A DNA stretch of 64,000 nucleotides from Candidatus Omnitrophota bacterium (lineage in GTDB: Bacteria > Omnitrophota > Gorgyraeia > Zapsychrales > JANLHA01). The stretch is taken from contig JAKLFA010000006.1 of assembly GCA_022711395.1 (NCBI GenBank), forward strand, positions 154-64,153, read 5' to 3'. This document shows positions 17,787-30,362 of this stretch, in pieces. The notes below the pieces were generated by a model that made no database searches, was not told where the DNA came from, and saw only the letters and a list, made by a program, of their open reading frames with translations. Positions within the stretch are counted from its first letter, which is position 1. Every line of letters starts with the position of its first letter. A program made the position numbers and the translations under genes.

Positions 17787-19152
17787 ATGGCTCGCTATAA
17801 CAGTATTTTGGAGGCGATTGGGCGGACGCCTTTAGTGAGATTAAACAGTCTCACGAAGAATATTAAATCTATTATTTATGTAAAGCCTGAATTTCTTAAC
17901 CCGGGAGGAAGTGTTAAAGACCGCATCGGATTAACGATGGTTGATGCCGCCGAGAGGGAGGGCCGTCTCAAGCCCGGCGGAACGATCATTGAAGCCACTG
18001 CAGGCAATACTGGAGTTGGCCTTGCTCTGGTTGCGGCCATTCGGGGCTATCGTTGCATTTTCGTTATGCCGGACAAAATGAGTCAGGATAAAATTAATTT
18101 GCTCAAATCCTACGGTGCTGAGGTTGTCATTACCCCGACATCGGTTGCTCCGGATTCTCCTGAAAGTTATAACGGGGTCGCTGATAGACTGGCTAAAGAA
18201 ATACCGGGCGCATATCGCCCGAATCAATTCGAAAATCCCAATAACCCGTTGGCGCATTATCGTACGACCGGGCCGGAAATCTGGGAAGATTCGGAAGGCC
18301 AGATCGAAGTTTTTGTCGCTGGGATGGGGACGGGCGGGACGATATCCGGCATAGCCAAATACCTTAAAGAAAAGAATTCGGCGATTACGATTGTCGGCGC
18401 TGATCCGCAAGGGTCGATCCTTTCCGGGGACAGCCCCCACTCGTATAAGGTGGAAGGCATCGGCGAAGATTTTATTCCTAAAACGTTTAATCGTCAGGTT
18501 GTGGATGAAATGGTGCGGGTCAGCGACAAGGAATCGTTTAATACGGCCCGGCGTTTGGCCCGGGAAGAAGGACTCCTGGTCGGCGGATCTTCTGGAACGG
18601 CTTTGGCGGCAGCCTTGAAGTACGCGGAGAGACTGGATGTTCCTAAGTATATTGTTGTGCTTTTGCCGGATACAGGCAGAAATTATATCAACAAAATATT
18701 CTCGGATTCCTGGATGCAGGAAAACGGTTTTTGGGAAGGCCGACAAGCCAAAGCGGTTTACATCAAAGACATCCTGAGCTCGAAAAGAAATCTTCCGGAG
18801 CTGATTTCGGTGTCTCCTAGAGAAAAGCTGGTCCGGGCGATTCATTTGATCCAGGAAAATAATATTTCCCAGCTGCCGGTCATCGATGACCAGGAAATAG
18901 TCGGCAGTTTAAACGAGGCCTCGCTTATGCAACTCTTGCATGACGGCATTAAGTTTGACCAGCAAGATATTGCGACGGTTATGGCTAAACCTTTACCTGT
19001 TGTGGATGAGAACGTGAGCGTCTCGGAGGCTTATCGGGTTTTGCTTTCCGGATCGACGGGGATCGTGGTCAAGAGGAAGGGAAAGCCTGCTGGATTGATT
19101 ACGAGGGTGGATCTGGTGAGCTACTGGATCATGCACAAGAAGGAGGATGGTT

Positions 19153-19163
<11 letters not shown>
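17787..19163 (+). CDS. Cystathionine beta-synthase-type PLP enzyme (CysK/CysM fold plus a C-terminal tandem CBS pair)
   Basis: SVKDRIG, ATAGNTG and GMGTGGT motifs, then roughly 130 aa with two CBS/Bateman motifs (QLPVIDD..., LPVVDEN...). Confidence 0.8.
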
Positions 19164-21449
<2,286 letters not shown>

Positions 21450-21467
21450 GAAAGGCGGTTATTTTTT

Positions 21468-22271
21468 ATGGCAACGGCTAAAGTCGATGTGTATGGAATG
21501 CTTGAGAAAATTAAAAAACACAAGCCCGTCATTCACCATTTGACCAACTGGGTAACGATCAATGATTGTGCCAACGTAGTGAAGGTTTTAGGTGCGTCTC
21601 CGGTGATGGCGCATGCACCGGAAGAGGTCGAGGAAATGGCCGGGCTTGCTTCGGCCTTGGTGTTAAACATCGGAACGCTTACCGTTGATTTTGTGGATTC
21701 GATGAAGAAAGCGGCGCTAAGCGCAAATAAAAAAGGCATTCCGGTGATTCTTGATGTTTGCGGTGCTGGCGCAACAGATTTGCGTGATCATAAATGTTTT
21801 GAATTGCTTGATGCGGTTCATATAGCCATCATCAAAGGGAATGCTTCTGAAATTGCCCGTATAGGCGGTGCGGCCGCTAAAACCAAAGGCGTTGATTCTG
21901 GAAGCGTACCTGCGGATCTTCGCAAGTTGGCCGCAGGTCTTGCTCAGAAGTATGGCTGCACGGTGGTCACTACGGGCAAAGAAGACATCGTTACAGATGG
22001 TAAAAGGAATTATACGGTCAAGAACGGCCATCCGATGATGGCCAATATTGTCGGGACTGGTTGCATGGCAGCCTCTGTCATCGGCACATTTGCGGCGGTG
22101 GAGCCTGATTATCCCAACGCTTCAGTGGCAGGGCTGGTATGTTTTGAAATCGCGGCTGAATGTGCTGCGCAAAAGTCAAAAGGCCCCGGGGCTTTTAAAG
22201 AACGGTTGTTGGACGCATTGTATAATTTAAAAAAGAAGACGATTTCTAAAAGGCAAAAAGTCGAAACATGA
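21468..22271 (+). CDS. thiM: Hydroxyethylthiazole kinase
   Basis: ThiM-like length and motifs (NWVTINDCANVVKVLGASPVMAH, GTGC). Confidence 0.8.
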   Translation: MATAKVDVYGMLEKIKKHKPVIHHLTNWVTINDCANVVKVLGASPVMAHAPEEVEEMAGLASALVLNIGTLTVDFVDSMKKAALSANKKGIPVILDVCGAGATDLRDHKCFELLDAVHIAIIKGNASEIARIGGAAAKTKGVDSGSVPADLRKLAAGLAQKYGCTVVTTGKEDIVTDGKRNYTVKNGHPMMANIVGTGCMAASVIGTFAAVEPDYPNASVAGLVCFEIAAECAAQKSKGPGAFKERLLDALYNLKKKTISKRQKVET

Positions 22272-22891
22272 TCAGCGGATATTATTTTATTACGGATTCA
22301 ACGCTGGGCAGGGGGGGCGCGAACGATGTTAAGCAGGCAATCGCGGCAAAGGTTGCGGCTGTTCAGTATCGCAATAAAAATTTTTCATCGCGGGAAATGT
22401 TGATGGAGGCGCTTGAATTGCGGAAGCTTTGCCGCAAGACGATTTTTCTGATCAATGACCGCGTTGATATCGCCCTAGCCGTTGATGCCGATGGTGTCCA
22501 TCTGGGACAGGATGACTTGCCCTGCCGAGCAGCTAGGCGGCTGCTTGGGAAGAATAAAATTATTGGCCTGACAGTTCATTCTGTTGAGGAGGCAATCGCC
22601 GCACAGGAAATGGGGGCAGATTATATAGGGGTATCTCCGATATTTGCAACCCTAACAAAAGCTGATGCCGGAAAATCTATCGGAATCAAAGGCCTGAAGA
22701 AAATAAGGGAGCAGGTTTCGATTCCTATTGTGGCGATTGGAGGGATTAATCTTTCGAACGCGCTTGAAGTAATTCAAGCCGGGGCGGATGCGGTCTGTGC
22801 GATTTCGGCGGTAATAACAAAACCCGATGTGTGCGCAGAAATAAAGAAGTTTCAGGCGTTATTTGGAATAAAGGAAAGGACCTTATCATGA
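22268..22891 (+). CDS. thiE: Thiamine-phosphate synthase
   Basis: TIM-barrel ThiE motifs (YFITDS, DYIGVSPIFAT, IPIVAIGGI); 4-nt overlap with thiM. Confidence 0.85.
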   Translation: MISGYYFITDSTLGRGGANDVKQAIAAKVAAVQYRNKNFSSREMLMEALELRKLCRKTIFLINDRVDIALAVDADGVHLGQDDLPCRAARRLLGKNKIIGLTVHSVEEAIAAQEMGADYIGVSPIFATLTKADAGKSIGIKGLKKIREQVSIPIVAIGGINLSNALEVIQAGADAVCAISAVITKPDVCAEIKKFQALFGIKERTLS

Positions 22892-22970
22892 AAGAAACAA
22901 TCGAATCAGGTATTAAAAACGCGATTATTAACGCTGTCAGGAAACATCAATAAAAATAAGGAGGAGGCGT

Positions 22971-23381
22971 ATGGGAAAGAGATTGTTTGTGGTTTTTGGT
23001 GTAGCTTTTTTGATTTTTACCTTTAGCGGAACGGCCAGGGCATGCGGGTGTGGCGGTAGTAGCGGGCAGAGTTCGTGCCATGGAGCGCCACAGGTAGGAG
23101 CCTGCGGAGAGCAACAGGACTCCTGTCAGGAATCATCTGTAGGCGGTAAACAGCAACAGCATCAACGGCAGACTGCGGGTGATGTCCCCGTGGTTACAAA
23201 AGAAGCTGTTAACGCCGGGAATAAAATTTGCCCGGTGATGGGGGGAAAAGTAGACGGGAAAACAGCCCAGGAGTTTGAAGGCAGGATTTATAATTTGTGC
23301 TGCCCGGGATGCATTGAGGAATTTAAAAAGGACCCGCGGAAATATATTCAAAGGGTCAATGAAGAATTGAAGCCGTCTTGA
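22971..23381 (+). CDS. Secreted YHS/TRASH-domain metal-binding protein (paralog 1)
   Basis: Signal peptide; Cys/Gln-rich linker; C-terminal NAGNKICPVMGGKV...IYNLCCPGCIEEFKKDPRKYI YHS-type motif. About 70% identical over the C-terminus to the ORF at 29897. Confidence 0.65.
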   Translation: MGKRLFVVFGVAFLIFTFSGTARACGCGGSSGQSSCHGAPQVGACGEQQDSCQESSVGGKQQQHQRQTAGDVPVVTKEAVNAGNKICPVMGGKVDGKTAQEFEGRIYNLCCPGCIEEFKKDPRKYIQRVNEELKPS

Positions 23382-23444
23382 TTAAACAGTTTGAGCCGAT
23401 GATAAAATTATTGTTTGTTTTGATGGGCTGGCGAGGTATTTTTC

Positions 23445-23474
23445 TTGACATAGGGTGGGGGGGTATGGTATTCT
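23445..23474 (+). promoter_or_regulatory. Putative promoter (TTGACA) overlapping a candidate CsoR operator
   Basis: TTGACA at 23445-23450, then ATAGGGTGGGGGGGTATGGTAT, a GC-rich pseudo-palindrome resembling CsoR operators (GGGGGTATGGTA-like) directly upstream of the csoR-like gene. Confidence 0.35.
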
Positions 23475-23496
23475 TGAATCAGCAGAAGGAGGCCGT

Positions 23497-23775
23497 ATGG
23501 CTGAATACCCTGACCACAAAACGAATCTGGACGCCCTTCGCCGTATCGAAGGCCAGATCCGCGGCATCATCCGCATGATCGAAGAGAAGCGTTATTGCAT
23601 TGATATCTTAACGCAGGTCAATTCCGCGGATGCGGCCCTGATGCGCGTCCACGATAAAGTTTTAGAAAAACACCTGCATGGCTGTGTCGCAAATGCCTTG
23701 AAAGAAAAATCAGACCTGAAACGACAAAAGAGCGTAGATGAAATACTCGATCTGGTAAAGAGGTCACGCAAATGA
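23497..23775 (+). CDS. CsoR/RcnR/FrmR-family metal-sensing transcriptional repressor
   Basis: The ~90-aa all-helical DUF156 pattern (LRRIEGQIRGIIRMIEEKRYCIDILTQVNSADAALMRVHDKVLEKHLHGCV) with metal-ligand Cys/His at the conserved positions. Start ATG at 23497 with a gaaggagg RBS. Confidence 0.8.
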   Translation: MAEYPDHKTNLDALRRIEGQIRGIIRMIEEKRYCIDILTQVNSADAALMRVHDKVLEKHLHGCVANALKEKSDLKRQKSVDEILDLVKRSRK

Positions 23776-24194
23776 GGGTTCAACGAAACATCTTTGTTGT
23801 ATCGGCGCTTTCTTTTTTATTGGTTTTTCTGCCCGTTGTTTGCTGCTGCTTGACCAGCGTTGCTCAGGCGCATGGCGGTCAAGCGTCCGTTGTTGCCAAG
23901 GACCGGCCATGCTGCGATGGGCAAGCCAAGACGAAAGCCGACAGCCAGTTACAGCATGATTCTTCCAAATGCGAATGCCAAAACCATATATTCGCCAAGG
24001 CCGCCAACATTGTTCCCGGCGGTTTGGAGGCTCTTTTTTCCCAGGACCAGTTGATCCAGCTTCCAGGCAGTATTTCAGCGCTGGTTTTATCCATCGATAA
24101 TCCCGGCGAGGAATTTGCGTTCGGAGCCGTTCACTCTCCGCCACGTCTTTCGAGCAATCCTCTCTACATCGAATTCCGTACTTTCCGCCTTTAA
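23772..24194 (+). CDS. Cys/His-rich secreted hypothetical protein, possibly a periplasmic metal-binding protein
   Basis: Signal peptide; CCC, PCCDG and KCECQNH motifs; the start overlaps the csoR stop (ATGA). Confidence 0.5.
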   Translation: MRVQRNIFVVSALSFLLVFLPVVCCCLTSVAQAHGGQASVVAKDRPCCDGQAKTKADSQLQHDSSKCECQNHIFAKAANIVPGGLEALFSQDQLIQLPGSISALVLSIDNPGEEFAFGAVHSPPRLSSNPLYIEFRTFRL

Positions 24195-24290
24195 TAGTTC
24201 TTTAAAGAATTCTTGTCCTCAGGGGCCCGTGCGTACTCTGGGGCAAGGTCTGTCAAGGGATCGTCATGTATTCAGACACAAGGGGAAAAT

Positions 24291-25568
24291 ATGGTTACTC
24301 AAAATGTTACAGCAATAGTCGTGGCCGCAGCGTTGATCCTGAACCCGATTCTTTCGTATTCAGCGCAGCCGGCGTCTTTGAATGCACTCGTCGATGAAGC
24401 GGTCAAGAATAATCAGCAAGTCCAGGCAGCCAAAAAACGTTGGGAGGCAAGCCTGGCGCGCGTGCCGCAGGCCAGATCGCTGGAGAATCCCACCATCGGC
24501 GTTACAGTTGAAAATATTCCGCGCGGTACCGTTAAGCTGGACAAGACGGCGCCCGAAGACAGGATGTTGTCATTTTCGCAGTTTTTGCCTTTTTTCGGAA
24601 AACTCAAGCTGAAGGGTAAGATCGCCCTTGTCGAATCACAGATGATGGCGGTGGATTATAAAAATACGGAATTGGTAACGATCAACCAGGTCAAGAATTC
24701 CTATTATGAGCTGTTTATGAACACCAAGGAGATCGAGCTTTTAAAAGAGAGCTTGAAATTGTTGGAGGGCGTCGCCGGGGCTGCCGAGGCCTCGTATGCG
24801 GTGGGCGACATAAAACAAGAGGGAGTTTACAAACTCCATTTAGAAATCGCCAAGCTCAACACGGACATCTTGAATTTGGAGCAGGAAAAAAGATCCATAG
24901 AAACGAGGCTGAACGCGCTGCTCAACAGGGAACCGGAAAGCGCTTTGGCCACGCCGGAGCTCAATGAGGACGTGAGCTTTGATCACGATATTCAATCCTT
25001 ATATGACCTGGCCCTTCGCCGTCAGCCGGAGCTCATGATTTTTTCCTATGCGATTGAAAGGAACAAACACGCCAAATCCCTGGCGAAGAAAAGTTTTTTC
25101 CCGGATCTGATGGCAACGGTCACGCAGCGGGGGATAGCCTCCGGGGCCATCGGTTCCTGGGACATCATGCTTTCCTTTACGGCTCCTTTATGGTTTTGGA
25201 CCAAGCAGCGCTATGAGGTGAAAGAGGCCATCGCGAATTTGGAAGAGGCCGAGGCGGCGTATATCGTCATGAAAAACAAGGCCCTGAGCGAGGTCAAGGA
25301 TCTGACCGTTGGAATCGAGAGCGCGAAAAATAAAATCAATCTGTATAAGACGAGTTTGATCCCCATCCTAGAAAGTTCGATCGCATCTTCAATGGCTGCG
25401 TACCAGTCGGGACAAAGCGAATTCATGATGCTGTTGGACAGCCAGCGGATGCTGGTGGAAACCAGGATGAATTATTATCAGGCGTTGGTGGATTACAATA
25501 TGGGCTTGGCTGATCTGGAACGCAGCCTGGGGGGCGAATTCAACGAGGTGAAAGAAAATGAAGAATAA
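24291..25568 (+). CDS. Outer-membrane efflux protein (TolC/CusC family)
   Basis: Signal peptide, two OEP repeats, about 425 aa, coiled-coil-rich; it precedes the MFP and RND genes. Confidence 0.85.
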   Translation: MVTQNVTAIVVAAALILNPILSYSAQPASLNALVDEAVKNNQQVQAAKKRWEASLARVPQARSLENPTIGVTVENIPRGTVKLDKTAPEDRMLSFSQFLPFFGKLKLKGKIALVESQMMAVDYKNTELVTINQVKNSYYELFMNTKEIELLKESLKLLEGVAGAAEASYAVGDIKQEGVYKLHLEIAKLNTDILNLEQEKRSIETRLNALLNREPESALATPELNEDVSFDHDIQSLYDLALRRQPELMIFSYAIERNKHAKSLAKKSFFPDLMATVTQRGIASGAIGSWDIMLSFTAPLWFWTKQRYEVKEAIANLEEAEAAYIVMKNKALSEVKDLTVGIESAKNKINLYKTSLIPILESSIASSMAAYQSGQSEFMMLLDSQRMLVETRMNYYQALVDYNMGLADLERSLGGEFNEVKENEE

Positions 25569-26664
25569 ACTATTAAGCGTTATTTTAGTGTTCTCAGTGT
25601 TTGCGGGTTATCAATTCTACGGTGAGGGCGGCTCGGCTTATGCTCAGCACGAAGGCCATCAGGAAGCGAAACCGAAGGCCGAACAGTCCGCGCCGCGCGC
25701 GCCGGTCTATTACTGCCCGATGCATCCGTCGTATATTTCGGACCGGCCGGGGGACTGCCCGATCTGCAACATGAAATTGATCAAGAAAAAAGAAGCCGAA
25801 CACGAAGAAAAGGCCATGGCCGGGTCCGGTGAAAAAGACGCGGGCTTTTATGTCAGCCTGGAAAAGCAACAGGTGGTCGGGGTGAAGGCCGAGGAGGTTA
25901 TTTACAGGCCCTTGAGCAGGATCATCAGGACCGTAGGCCGGGTGGCCTTTGATCCGGAGCTGTATAAAGCGCAGCAAGAATATATCGAGGCGCTCAAGAC
26001 CCAGGAATCCGTCCTGGAATCGGGGCAAGACATCCTTGTCCGGCGGGCGGACGCTTTGGTTGAGGCCGCGAAGTTAAAATTGAAGCTGCAAGGGCTGGAC
26101 ATAGCACAGATCGATGAACTTCAAAAAACAAAAGAGAATGACCCGTCCTTGCTGATCTCTTCTTCGGAATCGAAGTTCACGTGGGTGTACGCCACGATTT
26201 ATGAGTATGAGCTTGAATGGATCAAGCTTGGCCAGGAGGCCGAAATTCATGCCACGTCGTATCCGGGGAAAACATTTAAGGGCAAGATCGTGGCGATCGA
26301 CCCTGTTTTTGATGCGATGACCCGGACGGTGCGCGCGAGGATCAAAGCGGAGAATTCAGACGGCCTTTTAAAACCGGACATGTATGTGGATGTGCAGATG
26401 CGTTCGGATTTAGGGGCGCATTTGGCGGTGCCCAGGGAAGCGGTCATGGACTCGGGGGTGCGCAAGATCGTGTTTCTTGCGTTGGACTCCGGACGCTTTA
26501 AGCCGGTTGAGGTCAAGACCGGTGTTTCCAGCGAAGATTATGTTCAAGTATTAGAAGGGCTGAACGAAGGCGACAGGGTGATTGTTTCAGGAAATTTCCT
26601 GATGGATTCTGAAAGCAAACTCAAAACGGCCCTGGAAGGCGCGGGCCATCAGCATGGTCAATAG
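25558..26664 (+). CDS. Efflux RND periplasmic adaptor (CusB/HlyD family) with an N-terminal metal-binding motif
   Basis: YYCPMHPSYISDRPGDCPICNMKL (Cys-pair and Met motif typical of CusB-type heavy-metal MFPs) followed by a beta-barrel/lipoyl fold. Confidence 0.85.
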   Translation: MKNKLLSVILVFSVFAGYQFYGEGGSAYAQHEGHQEAKPKAEQSAPRAPVYYCPMHPSYISDRPGDCPICNMKLIKKKEAEHEEKAMAGSGEKDAGFYVSLEKQQVVGVKAEEVIYRPLSRIIRTVGRVAFDPELYKAQQEYIEALKTQESVLESGQDILVRRADALVEAAKLKLKLQGLDIAQIDELQKTKENDPSLLISSSESKFTWVYATIYEYELEWIKLGQEAEIHATSYPGKTFKGKIVAIDPVFDAMTRTVRARIKAENSDGLLKPDMYVDVQMRSDLGAHLAVPREAVMDSGVRKIVFLALDSGRFKPVEVKTGVSSEDYVQVLEGLNEGDRVIVSGNFLMDSESKLKTALEGAGHQHGQ

Positions 26665-26682
26665 GACCGGTGAGGACAGGAT

Positions 26683-29600
26683 ATGAGAACAGTGATAGAA
26701 AGAATCATAGAGTTTTGCGCGAAGAATAAGTTTATTGTATTCGTTCTTGTTGGCATGGTGACGCTGGGAGGGTATTTAGCGCTGCGCAGCCTTCCGCTGG
26801 ATGCGTTGCCCGACCTTTCGGATACCCAGGTGATCGTTTATTCCCGATGGGACCGCTCGCCGGATATTATCGAGGACCAGGTCACGTACCCCATTGTGAC
26901 TTCCTTATTGGGGGCGCCGAAAGTCAAGGCGATCCGGGGGTTTTCGGATTTTGGGTACTCGTTTGTGTATGTCATTTTTGAGGACGGCACGGATATTTAT
27001 TGGGCGCGCTCACGGACGCTGGAATATCTGTCCAAAGTTTCTTCGCAGCTTCCGGAAGGAGTGCGCACAGAATTGGGCCCCGACGCCACGGGGGTAGGAT
27101 GGGTTTTCCAATATGCCCTGGTCGATGAGAGCGGAAAAAATTCTCTGGCGGATTTGAGGACGTTTCAGGATTGGTATTTGCGGTATCAACTCCAGAGTGT
27201 TCCGGGCGTGGCTGAAGTGGCGCCGATCGGGGGTTTTGTCCGGCAGTATCAGGTCAACATTGAACCGAACAAACTGCTGGCTTACAACATCCCGATCACC
27301 GAGGTCGTGGAGGCGATCCGCAAAGGAAATAATGACGTGGGCGGACGGCTGCTGGAAATTTCCGGCGCTGAATATATGGTGCGCGGCAGGGGTTACGCGC
27401 GCTCGGTCGAAGATATTGGAAACATTGTGTTGAGGGCTGACCCAAAGACAGGCGCACCCATCCTGGTCAAAAATATCGGCAACGTCGTTTTGGGACCGGA
27501 TATGCGCAGAGGCATTGCGGACCTTGACGGCAAAGGGGATGTTGTCGGAGGGATCGTTGTCATGCGCCACGGCGAGAACGCTTTGCGGGTCATCGACAGG
27601 GTCAAAGAAAAAATAAAAGAGATCGAGCCGGGCCTGCCTGAGGGCGCAAAGATCGTGACGACCTATGACCGCACAGAGCTTATCCATCGGTCCCTTGAGA
27701 CCATTAATGAAGTGCTGATTGAGGATTTTTTGATCGTGGCGGCCATGATCATTTTTTTTCTGCTACATATTCCTTCATCGGTAATGCCGATCATCATTCT
27801 GCCGATCGGCGCTTTGGTCGCGTTCATTCCGATGCTTGGAATGCGGCTGACCGTCAATATCATGTCGATCATGGGCATCATCCTGGCGATCGGAGATATG
27901 GTCGACGTGGGAGTCGTGTTGGTCGAGAATGTCCATACGAAACTCAATGAGCTCAAAGAAGGGAAGATCAGCGGTGAGCGTAAAGAGGTCATGATCGCGG
28001 CCTTGAAAGAAGTCGGGCCGCCCATATTTTCATCGCTCATGGTTACGGTCATTGGCTTTATACCTCTGTTCAGTTTGGTGGGCCAGGAAGGCCGCCTTTT
28101 CCGGCCGATGGCGGCCACGCAGATATTTACGGTCTTTTGCGGGGCGGTGCTTTCAGTGACTCTGGTTCCGGCTTTGGTTATGATCTTTTTAGCCAAGGCG
28201 AAGCCTAGGAATCTCGAGGACCACTTCGCCTCCAGATTTTTGATGAAGCAGCACCAGAGGATTCTCGGGCTTGCGTTGAGGGGGCGCAAAGCTGTTGTTG
28301 TGCTTTTGATCTTGGCCTTGGCGGTGACCGTGCCGGTGTTTTTGAAATTGGGCTCGGAATTTATGCCGCCGTTATATGAAGGAAGCATCCTGTATATGCC
28401 CACGACCCTGCCGGGCATCTCGGTCACCGAGGCGCAGAAGTTATTGCAGGTCCAGGACAGGATCTTAAAAAGTTTTCCTGAAGTGGAGCGTGTTTTTGGT
28501 AAGGCGGGCCGAGCCGAGACCGCCACAGACCCCGCGCCCTTTTCCATGATGGAGACAACGGTCATTTTGAAATCCCGTGAGCATTGGCGTAAAGTCCCGA
28601 TGTTCGGAAAATTCCTGCCTTTTCTTAAAAGGACGATGAGCTTTGAGGAATTGACCGGCGAGATGGATCAAAAAATGCAGTTTCCCGGAGTGACCAATGC
28701 CTGGACCATGCCCATCAAGGCGCGCATTGATATGCTGACGACCGGGGTGCGCACACCCATCGGTATAAAGATATTCGGCGCGGATCTTAAAGAGATCGAA
28801 AAATTGGGTGAGCATATTGAAATGGTCTTAAACGATGTCCCCGGCACGCGCAGTATCTATGCGGAGCGCACCGCCGGAGGATACTTTGTGGACTTTGACC
28901 TCAAGCGGGAGCAATTGGCCAGATACGGGATCAGCGTTGAAGAGGCAGAAATGGTCATCATGTCTGCGGTGGGGGGAGAAACGATCACCACCACGGTTGA
29001 AGGCCGGGAGCGTTATTCGGTCAATGTGCGCTACGCCCGTGAATTCCGCGATGATATTGAAAAATTAAAACGGGTTCTGGTGCCGACGATGTCGGGGGCG
29101 CAGGTGCCGTTGGCGCAGCTTGCCGATATCAAATTGACGTTAGGGCCGTCGATGATCCGGAATGAGAACGGTCTCTTGTCCGGATATGTCTATGTTGACA
29201 TGGCGGGCCGCGATATCGGAAGTTACGTGCGGGACGCCAAAAAAGCCGTGAGCCGGAATGTTACGCTTCCAACGGGATACTCCATCACCTGGAGCGGCCA
29301 GTATGAATATATGGAGCGGGTCCAGCAGAGGCTTGGGATCCTTATCCCGGCGACGCTCCTGATCATTTTTCTGGTGTATTATTTCAATTTCAAATCTGCT
29401 GTTTCTGTTATGTTCATCATGCTGGCCATGCCGTTTACGGCTATCGGGGCCATCTGGAGCATCATGCTCTTAGGGTTTAATATGTCCATTGCCGTCTGGG
29501 CGGGGATGATGGAGGTGGTGGGGATCGGGGCCGCACTTTGCGCACTGATCACGACGTTTATCCACGCCGAGTGGGAAAGAGCGACGGCCGGAGGAAAACA

Positions 29601-29880
29601 CATAAAGACGATGGATGAACTTTACCAGGTTGTTTCTCAGGGCGCAGGAAGGGCCATGCGGCCGGCCATGATGACCTGCTCGGCGGATATTTTAGGGCTT
29701 ATGCCGGCGATGTTTGCCACCGGCATCGGCGCGGAGTTTTTGAAGCGCTATACCGCGCCGATCATTTTTGGATTATTCAGCGCGCTTGTTTTATCGCTGA
29801 TCGCTCTGCCGGTGTTTTATGTGATCTGGAGAGGGGATTTCGGGATATTGCGTCAGAAAAAACGGATTGATCGTGTATAA
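26683..29880 (+). CDS. Heavy-metal efflux RND transporter (CusA/CzcA family)
   Basis: 1065 aa, 12 TM helices with two large periplasmic loops, HME-RND signature regions (AIGDMVD in TM4, methionine-rich periplasmic cleft). Confidence 0.9.
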   Translation: MRTVIERIIEFCAKNKFIVFVLVGMVTLGGYLALRSLPLDALPDLSDTQVIVYSRWDRSPDIIEDQVTYPIVTSLLGAPKVKAIRGFSDFGYSFVYVIFEDGTDIYWARSRTLEYLSKVSSQLPEGVRTELGPDATGVGWVFQYALVDESGKNSLADLRTFQDWYLRYQLQSVPGVAEVAPIGGFVRQYQVNIEPNKLLAYNIPITEVVEAIRKGNNDVGGRLLEISGAEYMVRGRGYARSVEDIGNIVLRADPKTGAPILVKNIGNVVLGPDMRRGIADLDGKGDVVGGIVVMRHGENALRVIDRVKEKIKEIEPGLPEGAKIVTTYDRTELIHRSLETINEVLIEDFLIVAAMIIFFLLHIPSSVMPIIILPIGALVAFIPMLGMRLTVNIMSIMGIILAIGDMVDVGVVLVENVHTKLNELKEGKISGERKEVMIAALKEVGPPIFSSLMVTVIGFIPLFSLVGQEGRLFRPMAATQIFTVFCGAVLSVTLVPALVMIFLAKAKPRNLEDHFASRFLMKQHQRILGLALRGRKAVVVLLILALAVTVPVFLKLGSEFMPPLYEGSILYMPTTLPGISVTEAQKLLQVQDRILKSFPEVERVFGKAGRAETATDPAPFSMMETTVILKSREHWRKVPMFGKFLPFLKRTMSFEELTGEMDQKMQFPGVTNAWTMPIKARIDMLTTGVRTPIGIKIFGADLKEIEKLGEHIEMVLNDVPGTRSIYAERTAGGYFVDFDLKREQLARYGISVEEAEMVIMSAVGGETITTTVEGRERYSVNVRYAREFRDDIEKLKRVLVPTMSGAQVPLAQLADIKLTLGPSMIRNENGLLSGYVYVDMAGRDIGSYVRDAKKAVSRNVTLPTGYSITWSGQYEYMERVQQRLGILIPATLLIIFLVYYFNFKSAVSVMFIMLAMPFTAIGAIWSIMLLGFNMSIAVWAGMMEVVGIGAALCALITTFIHAEWERATAGGKHIKTMDELYQVVSQGAGRAMRPAMMTCSADILGLMPAMFATGIGAEFLKRYTAPIIFGLFSALVLSLIALPVFYVIWRGDFGILRQKKRIDRV

Positions 29881-29896
29881 CCATAAGGAGGAAAAG

Positions 29897-30247
29897 ATGC
29901 TGAACCGTATTTTAATTTTGGCAGTTGTTGTGAGCGCGGCCACAATGACGTTTGTTGAGGTGAGTCGCGGGGAGGAGAATCCTCAACAGCCAATGCAAGC
30001 CTACACAGGGCATGGTTCGCCTGCTGTTGTCGGGCAAAATGCGCCGCAGGCGCCTGTCAATGCAGGCAACAAGGTTTGCCCGGTTTCGGGGGTAGAGGTG
30101 GGTCAGGACGGCATGGAACCGGCGACATATGAGCACAACGGCAAGATCTATAATTTCTGCTGCGCGATGTGCATTGATGAGTTCAAGGGCGATCCTGAGA
30201 AGTATATCAAAAAGGTGGAGGAAGAGCTGCAGGGCGCATCAAAATAA
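29897..30247 (+). CDS. Secreted YHS/TRASH-domain metal-binding protein (paralog 2)
   Basis: Signal peptide; NAGNKVCPVSG...IYNFCCAMCIDEFKGDPEKYI; aaggagg RBS. Confidence 0.65.
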   Translation: MLNRILILAVVVSAATMTFVEVSRGEENPQQPMQAYTGHGSPAVVGQNAPQAPVNAGNKVCPVSGVEVGQDGMEPATYEHNGKIYNFCCAMCIDEFKGDPEKYIKKVEEELQGASK

Positions 30248-30362
30248 AATTTGGCCTGATAGGTGTTCCTGTTTTATTTTCCGGCTTGTTCAAAGGGCGG
30301 AGGGTGTGTTATAATTTTTTCCGTTTGCCAGGGCAAAAACAGTCCAATTCACAGGAACCAGC

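Noticed and set aside
17931-18845. 304-aa antisense ORF inside the CBS-type gene, and similar long antisense ORFs inside cusA (27663..28565, 27010..27687), the MATE gene (56764..57720), the FAD oxidase and the hydrogenase genes
   Set aside because: These are shadow ORFs on the opposite strand of genes with strong family signatures. They are Arg/Pro/Ser-rich and low-complexity, as is typical of GC-rich antisense frames.
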